Shown here: positions 20,742 through 29,675 of the stretch, piece by piece
Numbering within the stretch: position 1 is the stretch's first letter
Layout of the letters: each line of letters starts with the position of its first letter
Source: an uncultured Clostridium sp.
GTDB lineage: Bacteria > Bacillota > Clostridia > TANB77 > CAG-508
DNA length: 64,000 nt
Assembly: GCA_900551615.1 (NCBI GenBank)
Contig: URWN01000005.1
Location: 1,987-65,986, forward strand
Direction of reading: 5' to 3'
Made by a program: the position numbers and the translations under genes
Notes under the pieces: generated by a model
Told to the model about the DNA's origin: nothing
The model's database searches: none
Seen by the model: the letters and a program-made list of their open reading frames with translations, nothing else

Positions 20742-22460
20742 TTATTCTTCTATTTCATATAAATTTTTATATTCTTCACAATTATTCATTAATTCTATAT
20801 GTGTACCAGAAGCGCATATTTTATGCTTGTCAACCACAAAAATATTATCCGCATCAACTATTGTACTTAATCTATGTGCTACAATTATAACAGTGTGGTC
20901 TTTTGATAATTCTTTAATAACATTTTTGATTTTTTCTTGATTACTATTATCCAAAGAACTTGTTGCTTCATCTAATAGAATTATTTTTGATTTTTTTATT
21001 AGTGCCCTTGCAATTGCTATTCTCTGCTTTTGTCCACCACTTAGAATCACTCCATTTTCTCCAACAAGAGTGTCATAACCATCTTCCATAGATTCTATAA
21101 CATCATGAATCTGTGCCTTTTTACAAACATCGATTATTTCCTCATCAGTCGTATCAGGATTTGCCAATTTTATATTATCTTTTATTGATAAATTAAAAAT
21201 ATATGGTGATTGTGAAACAATAGAAATATTATCTTTTATTGTTTTTTCTGATAAATCATTTATATTATAATTATCTATTAAAACTTTTCCACTATCTACA
21301 CTATATCCTTTACTAATTAATTTTAAAATTGTTGATTTTCCTTCTCCACTTTTTCCTACAATTGCTATCATTTTATTTGGTTCTATTTTGAAGTTAAGAT
21401 TTTCAAATAACTTGTTTGAGTTATATTGAAAATCTACATTTTTAAATTCTATATTTCCTTTTATATTATTTACTTTTAATGTTCCAAAATTTTCTTTAAC
21501 AAAAGACTTATATGTAATTATATCAAAAACTCTTGATGATGAAACTTTTCCATCTGCTAATTTTTCTCTTATTTCTGATATATAATTTATCAAATTTAAA
21601 ACCTTATTTTTATATAAGAAAATTATCAAAAATGAACTTACTTGAAGTGTATTGTTCATAATGAAATGTATTGATAGCAAAACGAATATAAAGTCTAAAA
21701 TATGTTGAAATACTGCAATCCATCTGTTCCAAGTCCTTCTAGTATGTGTAGTTTTAATTTCTGCTTTTATAGTTTCTAACTGTTTTGCATTAGTTTCTTT
21801 TAAAACTATTTCTTTTAGATTTAAGTTTTTTATTTCTCTTATACCTCTTATAATATCTGTATATAATCCAACAGTTTTTTCGTCTTTTTCCTTATAATCT
21901 TTTTTTACTCTTTTATAATAGAATAATTTTTTTGAAGTTAACATATATACTAATATTATATTTAAAATTAAAAATATTCCTAAATATGCATTAAGATATA
22001 ATACATAAACTATAAAACTTACATTTAATATTATTCCAGATAAGTCATCTGTTATATAATCAAATAATTCTGATAATTCTGTTGTATCTTTATTTAATCT
22101 TGAAATAAAAATTCCTGAATTTGTGTTATCAAAATTCTTTACTTCAAAGTTTGTCAAACTTTCTAACATATCTCTTTTTAAATCAAAATTTACTTTTCCA
22201 TTTAATTTTAATACTAATCTAGACCACAGGTTTGTTACTATTTCTATAATTATTCTTAATATTAATAAAAATAATGCTATTTTTATTATATTAGTTTTGT
22301 CAAAGTCTTCAAAGAATCCAAGCATTTTTCCTTCATATATTGGTGATAATAATGATATTCCAGCATATGCTAAACTCAATATTATTACTCCTATTGAAAG
22401 AAATTTATATTTTTTATAATATTTTAATAATTCAATTAAATTTTTGCTATCTTTTTTCAT
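20742..22460 (-). CDS. ABC exporter, fused permease/ATPase (type I exporter, MdlB/MsbA-like)
   Basis: 6-TM N-terminal domain. Walker A GKSGEGKST, signature LSGGQKQRIAIARA, Walker B ILLDEATSSLD. The start is probably the internal Met (MKKDSKNL...), not 22514, which avoids overlap with the upstream GNAT gene. Confidence 0.85.
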   Translation of the reverse strand: MKKDSKNLIELLKYYKKYKFLSIGVIILSLAYAGISLLSPIYEGKMLGFFEDFDKTNIIKIALFLLILRIIIEIVTNLWSRLVLKLNGKVNFDLKRDMLESLTNFEVKNFDNTNSGIFISRLNKDTTELSELFDYITDDLSGIILNVSFIVYVLYLNAYLGIFLILNIILVYMLTSKKLFYYKRVKKDYKEKDEKTVGLYTDIIRGIREIKNLNLKEIVLKETNAKQLETIKAEIKTTHTRRTWNRWIAVFQHILDFIFVLLSIHFIMNNTLQVSSFLIIFLYKNKVLNLINYISEIREKLADGKVSSSRVFDIITYKSFVKENFGTLKVNNIKGNIEFKNVDFQYNSNKLFENLNFKIEPNKMIAIVGKSGEGKSTILKLISKGYSVDSGKVLIDNYNINDLSEKTIKDNISIVSQSPYIFNLSIKDNIKLANPDTTDEEIIDVCKKAQIHDVIESMEDGYDTLVGENGVILSGGQKQRIAIARALIKKSKIILLDEATSSLDNSNQEKIKNVIKELSKDHTVIIVAHRLSTIVDADNIFVVDKHKICASGTHIELMNNCEEYKNLYEIEE

Positions 22461-22479
22461 TTTGCTTCTCCATTTTAAT

Positions 22480-23082
22480 TTATAGTATTTTTTCATATAT
22501 AAATGCTTTTTCATCCGTATTTTTTTCTAATTTTCCATATTCTATATCTTCTATTATTGTTTCATAAATTTTTTTACATCCACATTTTTCATAAAAATGA
22601 TAATTACATGATTCATCTGTTAGTATTTGTAAGTTTTTCATATTATCTTTTTTAGCCATCTTAAACACTTCAAGCAATAATTTTTCACCTATTTTTTGTC
22701 CTCTAAAATTTTTATCTACTATAAGAATGGAAACTTCTCCATCAAAATAATTTTCTAATTCTTTTGGTACATAATCATAATTATTCTCATATTGATTAAA
22801 TCCTTCTTTATCTTTAATTTTTTTACTTTTTCGCAATATATTGCCTATTGTTTTGTATATTTTTCTTTTTATTAATCTTCTATGTGAGCTTTTATTTGAA
22901 TATCCACAAAATCCAACAAGTTTCTTTCCATCTTTATATGTTACAATTTTTTCACTTTCTTCTAATAAATCAATTAAATATATCCATGCACAAATATTTC
23001 CTTCTGCTTCTGATTCTCTTTTTCCTAAATTCCATTCTTCAGCCAATAAATTTACTGCTTGTTTCATTTCATTATATTTCAT
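22480..23082 (-). CDS. GNAT family acetyltransferase
   Basis: 200 aa with the motif VDKNFRGQKIGEKLLLEVFKMAKK. Confidence 0.6.
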   Translation of the reverse strand: MKYNEMKQAVNLLAEEWNLGKRESEAEGNICAWIYLIDLLEESEKIVTYKDGKKLVGFCGYSNKSSHRRLIKRKIYKTIGNILRKSKKIKDKEGFNQYENNYDYVPKELENYFDGEVSILIVDKNFRGQKIGEKLLLEVFKMAKKDNMKNLQILTDESCNYHFYEKCGCKKIYETIIEDIEYGKLEKNTDEKAFIYEKIL

Positions 23083-23112
23083 TTGTTTCTCCTATATTTT
23101 CTTATATTTTTA

Positions 23113-24348
23113 TTACTTCATATACTTAATCACAAACTCTGTACCTTTGTCAAGCTCTGACTTGCAACTTATCATGCCATTATTTTTTTCAATAATATTT
23201 TTTGCCAATGCAAGTCCAATACCTACGCTATTTTCAGAAGAATTTTGACCTTTATAAAATCTTTCAAAAATATGTTTTAAATCTTCTTTTGTCATTCCTT
23301 CTCCTTCGTCTCTTATTGCTATTTTTGTAAACAAGGTATTTTCTTCATATTTTATATAAATTTTTCCATTTTCTTCATTATGTTCAATACAATTTTTAAT
23401 AATATTTGTAACCGCTTCTTGTTGCCATTTATAGTCACCTAAAAATGAGGCCTTTTCGTCTCCTTTAATAATAATTTGTTGATTTTTTATTTCGATTGGT
23501 ATTTCTAAGTTTCTGATTATTTCACCTATAAATTTTTTTAAGTTGATTTTTTCTTCATTAAATTTTATAACATTTGCATCTAATTTTGATAATTTTAGCA
23601 TTGATATAACAAGCCAGTTTATCCAATCTATTTGTTTGCTAATTTCAAATATAAATTTTTGTTTTGTGCTTTCTTCCATGCTCGGATTATCTTTTAAATT
23701 GTCTAGCATTATTGTTATTGATGTTAGTGGTGTTTTTAATTGATGTGATATATCTTCAACAGACATTTTTAAATTTTCTTTGTCTTTTTTTGATGTTTCG
23801 CTTTCTTCTTTTAACATAACTGTAATTTTGTATAGTTCGTTTTTTAAGTTGCTTAGTTCATCTTCGCTATTTTCGTTTATATCTAAGTCATATTTTCTGT
23901 TTTTTATTTCATTTATATATTGTGTAATTTGATTTATTTTTTTATCTCTTTTTTTCAAATACACTAAAAAAATACCCATACATAAAATACTAAAAATTAT
24001 AATTAATATAATGTTTGATATTAAATTTTGTTTCATTTGATTTTGTACTGATATTATAGAATTTGTTTCATTTGTGTCAATTCCATATTTTGCAAGTTCG
24101 GCTTGTCCCTTTTTATATTCTTCAGTATTTTGGTTTGAATTTAATATTTCTATTATTTTTCTAGTATCTATCTCTGGCTTTTCTTTTAACATTGTTCCTA
24201 TTATGTCTGCAATTTTTTGGTTTGCAATAATTGTTACCTTTTGGTATTGCATATATGTTTGAATTGTTATAATTATGCTTGCTGCTATTGTTAATAGTAT
24301 TATTGGTAATATTAAATATTTTATATTTTTGTTTCTTAAATGTTTCAT
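23113..24348 (-). CDS. sensor histidine kinase (two TM helices, about 70-aa extracellular loop)
   Basis: H-box HQLKTPLTSI, N-box and G-boxes (DEGEGM, GIGLALAKNII). TM1 lies near residues 12-32 and TM2 near 110-130. Confidence 0.85.
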   Translation of the reverse strand: MKHLRNKNIKYLILPIILLTIAASIIITIQTYMQYQKVTIIANQKIADIIGTMLKEKPEIDTRKIIEILNSNQNTEEYKKGQAELAKYGIDTNETNSIISVQNQMKQNLISNIILIIIFSILCMGIFLVYLKKRDKKINQITQYINEIKNRKYDLDINENSEDELSNLKNELYKITVMLKEESETSKKDKENLKMSVEDISHQLKTPLTSITIMLDNLKDNPSMEESTKQKFIFEISKQIDWINWLVISMLKLSKLDANVIKFNEEKINLKKFIGEIIRNLEIPIEIKNQQIIIKGDEKASFLGDYKWQQEAVTNIIKNCIEHNEENGKIYIKYEENTLFTKIAIRDEGEGMTKEDLKHIFERFYKGQNSSENSVGIGLALAKNIIEKNNGMISCKSELDKGTEFVIKYMK

Positions 24349-24349
24349 T

Positions 24350-25018
24350 TTAATCCCCTATTCTATACCCAAGTCCTCTAACAGTCTTAATAATTGATTC
24401 ATCACCTAATTTTTCTCTAATTCTTTTTATATAAACTGTTAAAGTATTATCATTAACAAAATTCCCAGCAATATCCCATATTTTTTCTAACAGTTGTTCT
24501 CTTGTGATTAATTTATTTTGATTTGTAAATAACATAAGCAAAATTCTATACTCTAAACTCGTAAAAATTATTTCTTGATTATACTTGTATACCTTTGCTG
24601 ATATTGTATCTATCTTGATATTTTTATATTGAATTATATTGTTATTTTCTTCTTTTTGTCCATATCTTCGTAAAACTGATTTTATTCTTGATACTAATTC
24701 TCTAGTTCTAAAAGGTTTTACTATGTAATCATCTGCTCCTAAATCTAAACCTAGTACTACACTTGTTTCTTCATCTTGTGCTGTCAAAAAGATTACTGGT
24801 ATATCCTGTTTTTCTTTTATTTCTTTGCATATGTCAAAACCATTTCCATCTGGCAAAGATACATCTAATAATACTATATCAATTTGTTCTTGTTTTATTT
24901 TTTCTTTACTTTCTGCTACACTTTTTGCTGATATTACTTGAAAGTTTTCTTGCTCTAGTGAATATTTTAGGCCCATTACTATTGTTTCATTGTCTTCTAC
25001 TAATAATATTTTTTTCAT
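24350..25018 (-). CDS. OmpR-family response regulator
   Basis: Receiver domain with the phospho-acceptor Asp expected in DIVLLDVSLPDGNG, then a winged-helix C-terminus LTVYIKRIREKLGD...VRGLGYRIG. Confidence 0.9.
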   Translation of the reverse strand: MKKILLVEDNETIVMGLKYSLEQENFQVISAKSVAESKEKIKQEQIDIVLLDVSLPDGNGFDICKEIKEKQDIPVIFLTAQDEETSVVLGLDLGADDYIVKPFRTRELVSRIKSVLRRYGQKEENNNIIQYKNIKIDTISAKVYKYNQEIIFTSLEYRILLMLFTNQNKLITREQLLEKIWDIAGNFVNDNTLTVYIKRIREKLGDESIIKTVRGLGYRIGD

Positions 25019-25111
25019 AATTTTTCCTCTTAATTTTATTATCTATTATACTATATCATATTTAACAAAATAACAAAAGGGTATGTGAGAATTTTTATTT
25101 TACATTTTTCG

Positions 25112-25142
25112 ACAAAAAATGAGACAGATTTGCTTCTGTCCC
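25112..25142 (-). terminator. terminator-like hairpin GAGACAGA-tttgct-TCTGTCCC with U-run, downstream of the PBP gene
   Basis: On the minus strand GGGACAGAAGCAAATCTGTCTC is followed by ATTTTTTG. It closely matches the copy at 38283-38311. Confidence 0.45.
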
Positions 25143-25171
25143 TATTGTCCTGCTCTTGTCTCACTCTTGTC

Positions 25172-27238
25172 TTATTTGACAAATAAACTTCTTATTTTCT
25201 TTATTACATAATGGCTTCCACCACTACTATTATTTTGAGTATTTTCTACCATTCCTATAATAAGCATATCATCTACATTTGAATTGTTAGCAGAATAATC
25301 AACTGTAAAGCAGTCAAACCATCCTAATGTACCACTTTCTGTATCTGTACTTGAATTTTTAAGTTCCGCTGTTCCAGTTTTTCCAGCAATTGTAACACCT
25401 GGTACTTTCATATCATTTGCTGTTCCTTCTGGATTTTCTACAACTTGAATTAAGTCATTTTTTACAGTATTTGCAGCATCTGATGTAAATACATTTTCCT
25501 TTAAATATGTTCTTTTCATTTTATTTTCATTTTTATATTCTATAAATGGTTTTACCATATTTCCATTATTCGCAAATGCTGAGTAAATAGATGCCATATG
25601 TATTGGATTTACCAATATGTCACCTTGGCCATAGCCTGAATCTGCTAATTTCTTTTCATTCATATCTACTTTTTCTGAATTTGAATATTGTGATTTTTTA
25701 AATGTTAATGGAAATTCTATTGTTTTATCAATATCTTCATTAAATCCTAGTTTATCTAATCCTGAGCAGAAAGTATCTTTTCCAATTTGCATAGCAGCTT
25801 GACCAAAGAATATGTTGTCAGAGTGTATTAATGCATTTGCTATATTTTTTTGTCCATTATATGCAGTTAATGTTGTTATATAAACATCTCCCCAACTTGA
25901 ATTTTTTTGCCATTTTAACCCTGAATAATTAAATGTTGTATCTGTTGATAGTTTTCCACTTGTTAGACCTATTGCAGCAGTTATTGGTTTAAATGTTGAA
26001 CCTGGGCAATAGCTTTGTAAAAATCTATTATATAATGGTTTATTTGCATCATTATTTAATTCATCCCATTTTTCTGATGTCATTCCTAATACAAAATCGT
26101 TTGAGTTATATGATGGTGTACTTACTGTTGCAAGTAATTCCCCTGTTGTAGGATTCATTATTACAAAAAAACCTTTATCTGTTTTCATTTGATCATATAG
26201 ATTTTTTTGTATTAAACTATCTATTGTTAGTTTTACATCTGTTCCATCCTTTTTATCTTGTTTTGCCAACGTTTTTAACTTATTTCCATTTTCATCAGCT
26301 ATATAGATTTCTGTTCCATCTATACCTCTTAATGTATCTTCATATGCTTGTTCTAGTCCAGCTTTGCCTATTATACTACTTGAATTATATCCTTTTCCTT
26401 CTTTTTGTTTTAATTCTTCTGCACTTATAGCTTGCACATATCCAATTAAATGTGCAGCCTCTTCACCTAATGGATATACTCTTGCATCAACACTTGTTAT
26501 TTTTATTCCTGATATTTCTAGCAATTTGTCTTTTAATTCTGTATTATCTGCTGAAACTTTTTTTATTGGCACAAATGTGTCATCCTTAACATATGATGCT
26601 GATATTTGTTTATTTATGTAATCTGTTGAAACACCTGTTAATTCTGATATTTTATTTATGTTTGTTTCTTTATTTTCTCCTAGTTTGCCTGGTACAATTC
26701 CAACACTTGAAATACTACCATTTTCAGCAAGTTTTTCTCCATTTCTGTCAAGAATCTCTCCTCTTTTTGCTGATAATGTAGAAACTCTTACTTTGTCAGT
26801 ACTTCTTAACTCTGGAAAAATCATACTAGAAGTCCAACTTATTTTATATTCTTTATTTTCTTTTACTAATTTTGCCGTATTCGTAAAATTTATTGTTCCC
26901 GCTGATGTTGACATGCTTTCATCATATTTTATATTATATGTTTTCCCATCTTTTGTAGTTTCAGATGGTGTTATTTTTATATCGTATGCATCAATTCCTT
27001 TATATATATTTTTATTTCTTTTAGCAAAATCTTCTTGTGATATTTGTGTTTTTGAATTTTCTGAAATCATATTATACATTTCTTCGTATTTTTGCTCATT
27101 TAATAATGATATGTACTCACTTAATGCTTCTTCAGGTTTTGGTGCATTTTTATTTATTATTATAAATGCTCCTCCTGCAATAATTGCTATTGCTACTATT
27201 ATTACTATTGCAACTATTATTATTTTTTTATTTTTCAT
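25172..27238 (-). CDS. class B penicillin-binding protein with MecA-type NTF2-like N-terminal domain (PBP2a-like)
   Basis: Transpeptidase motifs STFKPI (SxxK), SDN and KTGTA. After the TM anchor, the N-terminal segment EEALSEYISLLNEQKYEEMYNMISENSK resembles the MecA_N domain. Start set at MKNKK, 9 nt after the AAGAGGAG RBS, because the tracked TTG start at 27268 falls inside a hairpin. Confidence 0.8.
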   Translation of the reverse strand: MKNKKIIIVAIVIIVAIAIIAGGAFIIINKNAPKPEEALSEYISLLNEQKYEEMYNMISENSKTQISQEDFAKRNKNIYKGIDAYDIKITPSETTKDGKTYNIKYDESMSTSAGTINFTNTAKLVKENKEYKISWTSSMIFPELRSTDKVRVSTLSAKRGEILDRNGEKLAENGSISSVGIVPGKLGENKETNINKISELTGVSTDYINKQISASYVKDDTFVPIKKVSADNTELKDKLLEISGIKITSVDARVYPLGEEAAHLIGYVQAISAEELKQKEGKGYNSSSIIGKAGLEQAYEDTLRGIDGTEIYIADENGNKLKTLAKQDKKDGTDVKLTIDSLIQKNLYDQMKTDKGFFVIMNPTTGELLATVSTPSYNSNDFVLGMTSEKWDELNNDANKPLYNRFLQSYCPGSTFKPITAAIGLTSGKLSTDTTFNYSGLKWQKNSSWGDVYITTLTAYNGQKNIANALIHSDNIFFGQAAMQIGKDTFCSGLDKLGFNEDIDKTIEFPLTFKKSQYSNSEKVDMNEKKLADSGYGQGDILVNPIHMASIYSAFANNGNMVKPFIEYKNENKMKRTYLKENVFTSDAANTVKNDLIQVVENPEGTANDMKVPGVTIAGKTGTAELKNSSTDTESGTLGWFDCFTVDYSANNSNVDDMLIIGMVENTQNNSSGGSHYVIKKIRSLFVK

Positions 27239-27259
27239 AAAATACATCTCCTCTTTAGA

Positions 27260-27292
27260 ACTTGTCAAAAGGGACGCCCTTTTTTGACAAGT
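27260..27292. repeat. perfect palindromic hairpin ACTTGTCAAAAGGG-acg-CCCTTTT(TT)GACAAGT immediately upstream of the PBP RBS
   Basis: 14-bp perfect stem with a 3-nt loop, belonging to the CAAAAGGGACG hairpin family (see also 27315-27345 and 37146-37176). Confidence 0.5.
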
Positions 27293-27314
27293 TTATAATA
27301 ATATTATTTTTAAT

Positions 27315-27345
27315 ACTTGTCAAAAAGGGGCGTCCCTTTTGACAT
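27315..27345 (-). terminator. hairpin ACTTGTCAAAAAGGGG-cg-TCCCTTTTGACAT (probable thioredoxin terminator); second tandem copy of the palindromic repeat
   Basis: Abuts the trx stop codon (27346). Near-identical to the 27260-27292 copy 55 bp away. Confidence 0.45.
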
Positions 27346-27651
27346 TTAAAATAAACTTAAAAGTTCTTCTTTATCCCTTAATCCTACTAATCTTTTCTCT
27401 TCTTTTCCATTTTTGAAAACTATCAAAGTAGGAATACTCATAACATTATATTCAACTGCAATATCTGAATTTTCGTCAACATTGATTTTTCCCACTTTAG
27501 CTTTTCCTTCTAATTCTTTTGCCAATTCTTCTATTACTGGTGACATTGCATTACATGGTCCACACCAATCTGCATAAAAGTCAACCAGTACTGGTTTTTC
27601 TGAATTTAAAACCTCTTCTTTAAAATTTTCTGAACTTAATTTTAGTTTCAT
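27346..27651 (-). CDS. trxA: thioredoxin
   Basis: 101 aa with the DFYADWCGPC active site. Confidence 0.9.
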   Translation of the reverse strand: MKLKLSSENFKEEVLNSEKPVLVDFYADWCGPCNAMSPVIEELAKELEGKAKVGKINVDENSDIAVEYNVMSIPTLIVFKNGKEEKRLVGLRDKEELLSLF

Positions 27652-27713
27652 TACAATTCCTCCTTTTAATATTTTTATCTTTGATTATTACATTATAAAC
27701 AATCTAATAACCA

Positions 27714-28587
27714 TTATTTTAAAACTGCAAGACCTGCCTTAGTCCCTTCATATACAGCTTTTGAAATTTGATATAATCCTCCTGTACAATCTCCGCAAGC
27801 AAATAATCCTTTTATTGATGTTTGCATATTATCATATACTACAATTTTATCATTTTCTATTTTTGCTCCAAGTTTTTTTGCAAAATCTGTACTTCCTGCA
27901 ACGCCTTGTGCAATAAATATTCCATCTATTTTCATTTTTGTATTATCATCAAAATCAATTTCTTCAACTTTAGTTTCTCCGTTTTATTTCTTTTATTTCT
28001 TTTGTATTTACATCAACATTTTCTGTTCTATATTCTGGGGCTTGTCTACCATTTGTTAATATAGTTATCGATTTTGCGATATTTTGCAAATCCATTGCTT
28101 CTGATATTGCATAATCTCCATTTCCAATTACAGCAACATCTTTATTTCTATAAAAAAAGCCATCACAAACTGCACAATAACTAATGCCTTTACCCTCATA
28201 TTCATCTATATTTTTTATATTTGGTTTACTCTTTTTGTTTCCAGTTGCCAATATAACTGCTTTTGCTTCAAATTCATTGTTCAATGTTTGAACTTTAAAT
28301 ATTTGCTTTTTATTATCTATATTACTATTCAAATAATCAATCTGAATATTAGTAACTTCGTCCTTTACAATTTCTGCTCCTATATTTTTAGCCTGTCTAA
28401 TTCCTATATTGTACAATTCTTCTCCACTTATACCATTTTCAAATCCATAATAATTCTCTATTTTTTTTGACTTTTCTAATGTTGATTTTTCTTTATATAT
28501 TATTAATGTTTTCAAGTTTCTTCTTAGTGTATATAAACTTGCTGATATCCCCGCTGGTCCAGCACCTACAATTATAACATCATACAT
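27714..28587 (-). pseudogene. trxB: thioredoxin-disulfide reductase, frameshifted
   Basis: The N-terminal part (27970-28587: IIVGAGPAGISA FAD motif, CAVCDG redox-active site) and the C-terminal part (27714-27935: GLFACGDCTGG) lie in different frames. The shift maps to the AAAA run in ...ATAAAACGGAG at about 27975-27985, next to a 9-bp tandem repeat TTTTATTTC x2. Confidence 0.7.
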
Positions 28588-28609
28588 TGGTTTCTCCTTT
28601 TAAAACTCA

Positions 28610-29224
28610 TTATTTAACAATAATTCCTAATAATTTAGATAGTTCAACAGCCTGAAATTGGTTAACAATTATTCCTTTTAAATCTTCTTTATCTACTACT
28701 ATACCATCAATATTACAAGTTGAAACATCTATACCTCTTAAATTTGTTCTAAACATTTGAGTTCTATACAATTCACATTCATTAAATTTAACATTTTTTA
28801 ATTTACATTCTCCAAAGGATGACAAACTTAAATTATTTTCCTTGAAAATTGTATCTTTTATATTAGAATTTGATAAATTTGAATACTCTAAATTTGATTC
28901 ATTTATTTTCGTTTTGTAAATACTTGTATCTACAAACTTTGTACCCACAAATTTACAATTTAAAAATTCACACTCAACAAAATTTGATTCACTAAAATCA
29001 GAATTTGAGAAGTCACAGTCTTTGAAGATTACATTTGTAAAATATATATTTATAAATTTTGATTCTAAACATTTACAACTTTCAAAAATGCAATTTGTAA
29101 TTTCAATTTTTTCTGTAATTATATTTTCTACACAATTTTTAAATTTATATCCTCGTATATCATTTTCTTGATTTATTTCTTTAATTATTATATTTTCTAT
29201 TTCTTCTGTTTCTTTGTAGTTCAT
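28610..29224 (-). CDS. pentapeptide-repeat protein (Qnr/MfpA-like size, 204 aa)
   Basis: Continuous A(D/N)LxF-type pentapeptides, for example NCIFESCKCLESKFINIYFTNVIFKDCDFSNSDFSESNFVECEFLNCKF. Confidence 0.8.
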   Translation of the reverse strand: MNYKETEEIENIIIKEINQENDIRGYKFKNCVENIITEKIEITNCIFESCKCLESKFINIYFTNVIFKDCDFSNSDFSESNFVECEFLNCKFVGTKFVDTSIYKTKINESNLEYSNLSNSNIKDTIFKENNLSLSSFGECKLKNVKFNECELYRTQMFRTNLRGIDVSTCNIDGIVVDKEDLKGIIVNQFQAVELSKLLGIIVK

Positions 29225-29233
29225 ATTTTCTCC

Positions 29234-29590
29234 TTAAAATATCAAAAGTATCTTTGGAACAAATATTATTAATCCAATAATTGCTGATGCAATTGCGGAT
29301 ACTAAAACTGCTCCTGCAGCAACATCTTTAGCAATTTTTGCTTGTTCATTTTTTTCTTTTGTTATTAAATCTACTGTATTTTCAATTGCAGTATTTATCA
29401 ATTCCATTGATATTACTAATCCAAATAAGATTATACAAATTATCCATTCTGCTTTACTTATTTTTAACATTATTCCAAATATTATTACAAGTATCATTAT
29501 TGTTATATGTATTTTCATATTTTGTTCTTCTTTTATTCCTGTATATATTCCATCAAATGCATATTTAAAACTTTTTAACAATTTTTTCAT
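29234..29590 (-). CDS. dgkA: diacylglycerol/undecaprenol kinase (prokaryotic DAGK family)
   Basis: 118 aa, 3 TM helices, conserved ELINTAIE...D motif. Confidence 0.8.
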   Translation of the reverse strand: MKKLLKSFKYAFDGIYTGIKEEQNMKIHITIMILVIIFGIMLKISKAEWIICIILFGLVISMELINTAIENTVDLITKEKNEQAKIAKDVAAGAVLVSAIASAIIGLIIFVPKILLIF

Positions 29591-29675
29591 TTTTCAAATT
29601 TAATCCCTTCTGAATTTAAAATTTCTTTCACATACATTTTACTAAACTTCTTTTTATTTATCAATAGCTAAACCT

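Noticed and set aside
23113-25018. Two-component system read as a BceRS-type partner of the MacB-like ABC exporter
   Set aside because: The kinase has a periplasmic loop of about 70 aa and is 18 kb away from the exporter. BceS-type kinases are intramembrane-sensing and adjacent to their transporter.
25153-25174. Tandem 11-bp direct repeats CTCTTGTCTCA / CTCTTGTCTTA
   Set aside because: They overlap the stop codon and 3' end of the PBP gene and lie inside the terminator region. They are more likely coding/terminator sequence than an independent regulatory site, and are mentioned only in passing under the PBP finding.
27281-27300. TTGACA hexamer inside the PBP-upstream hairpin, read as a sigma-70 -35 box
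   Set aside because: It is part of the perfect palindrome arm. There is no suitably spaced -10 for the plus strand, and genes on both sides are on the minus strand.
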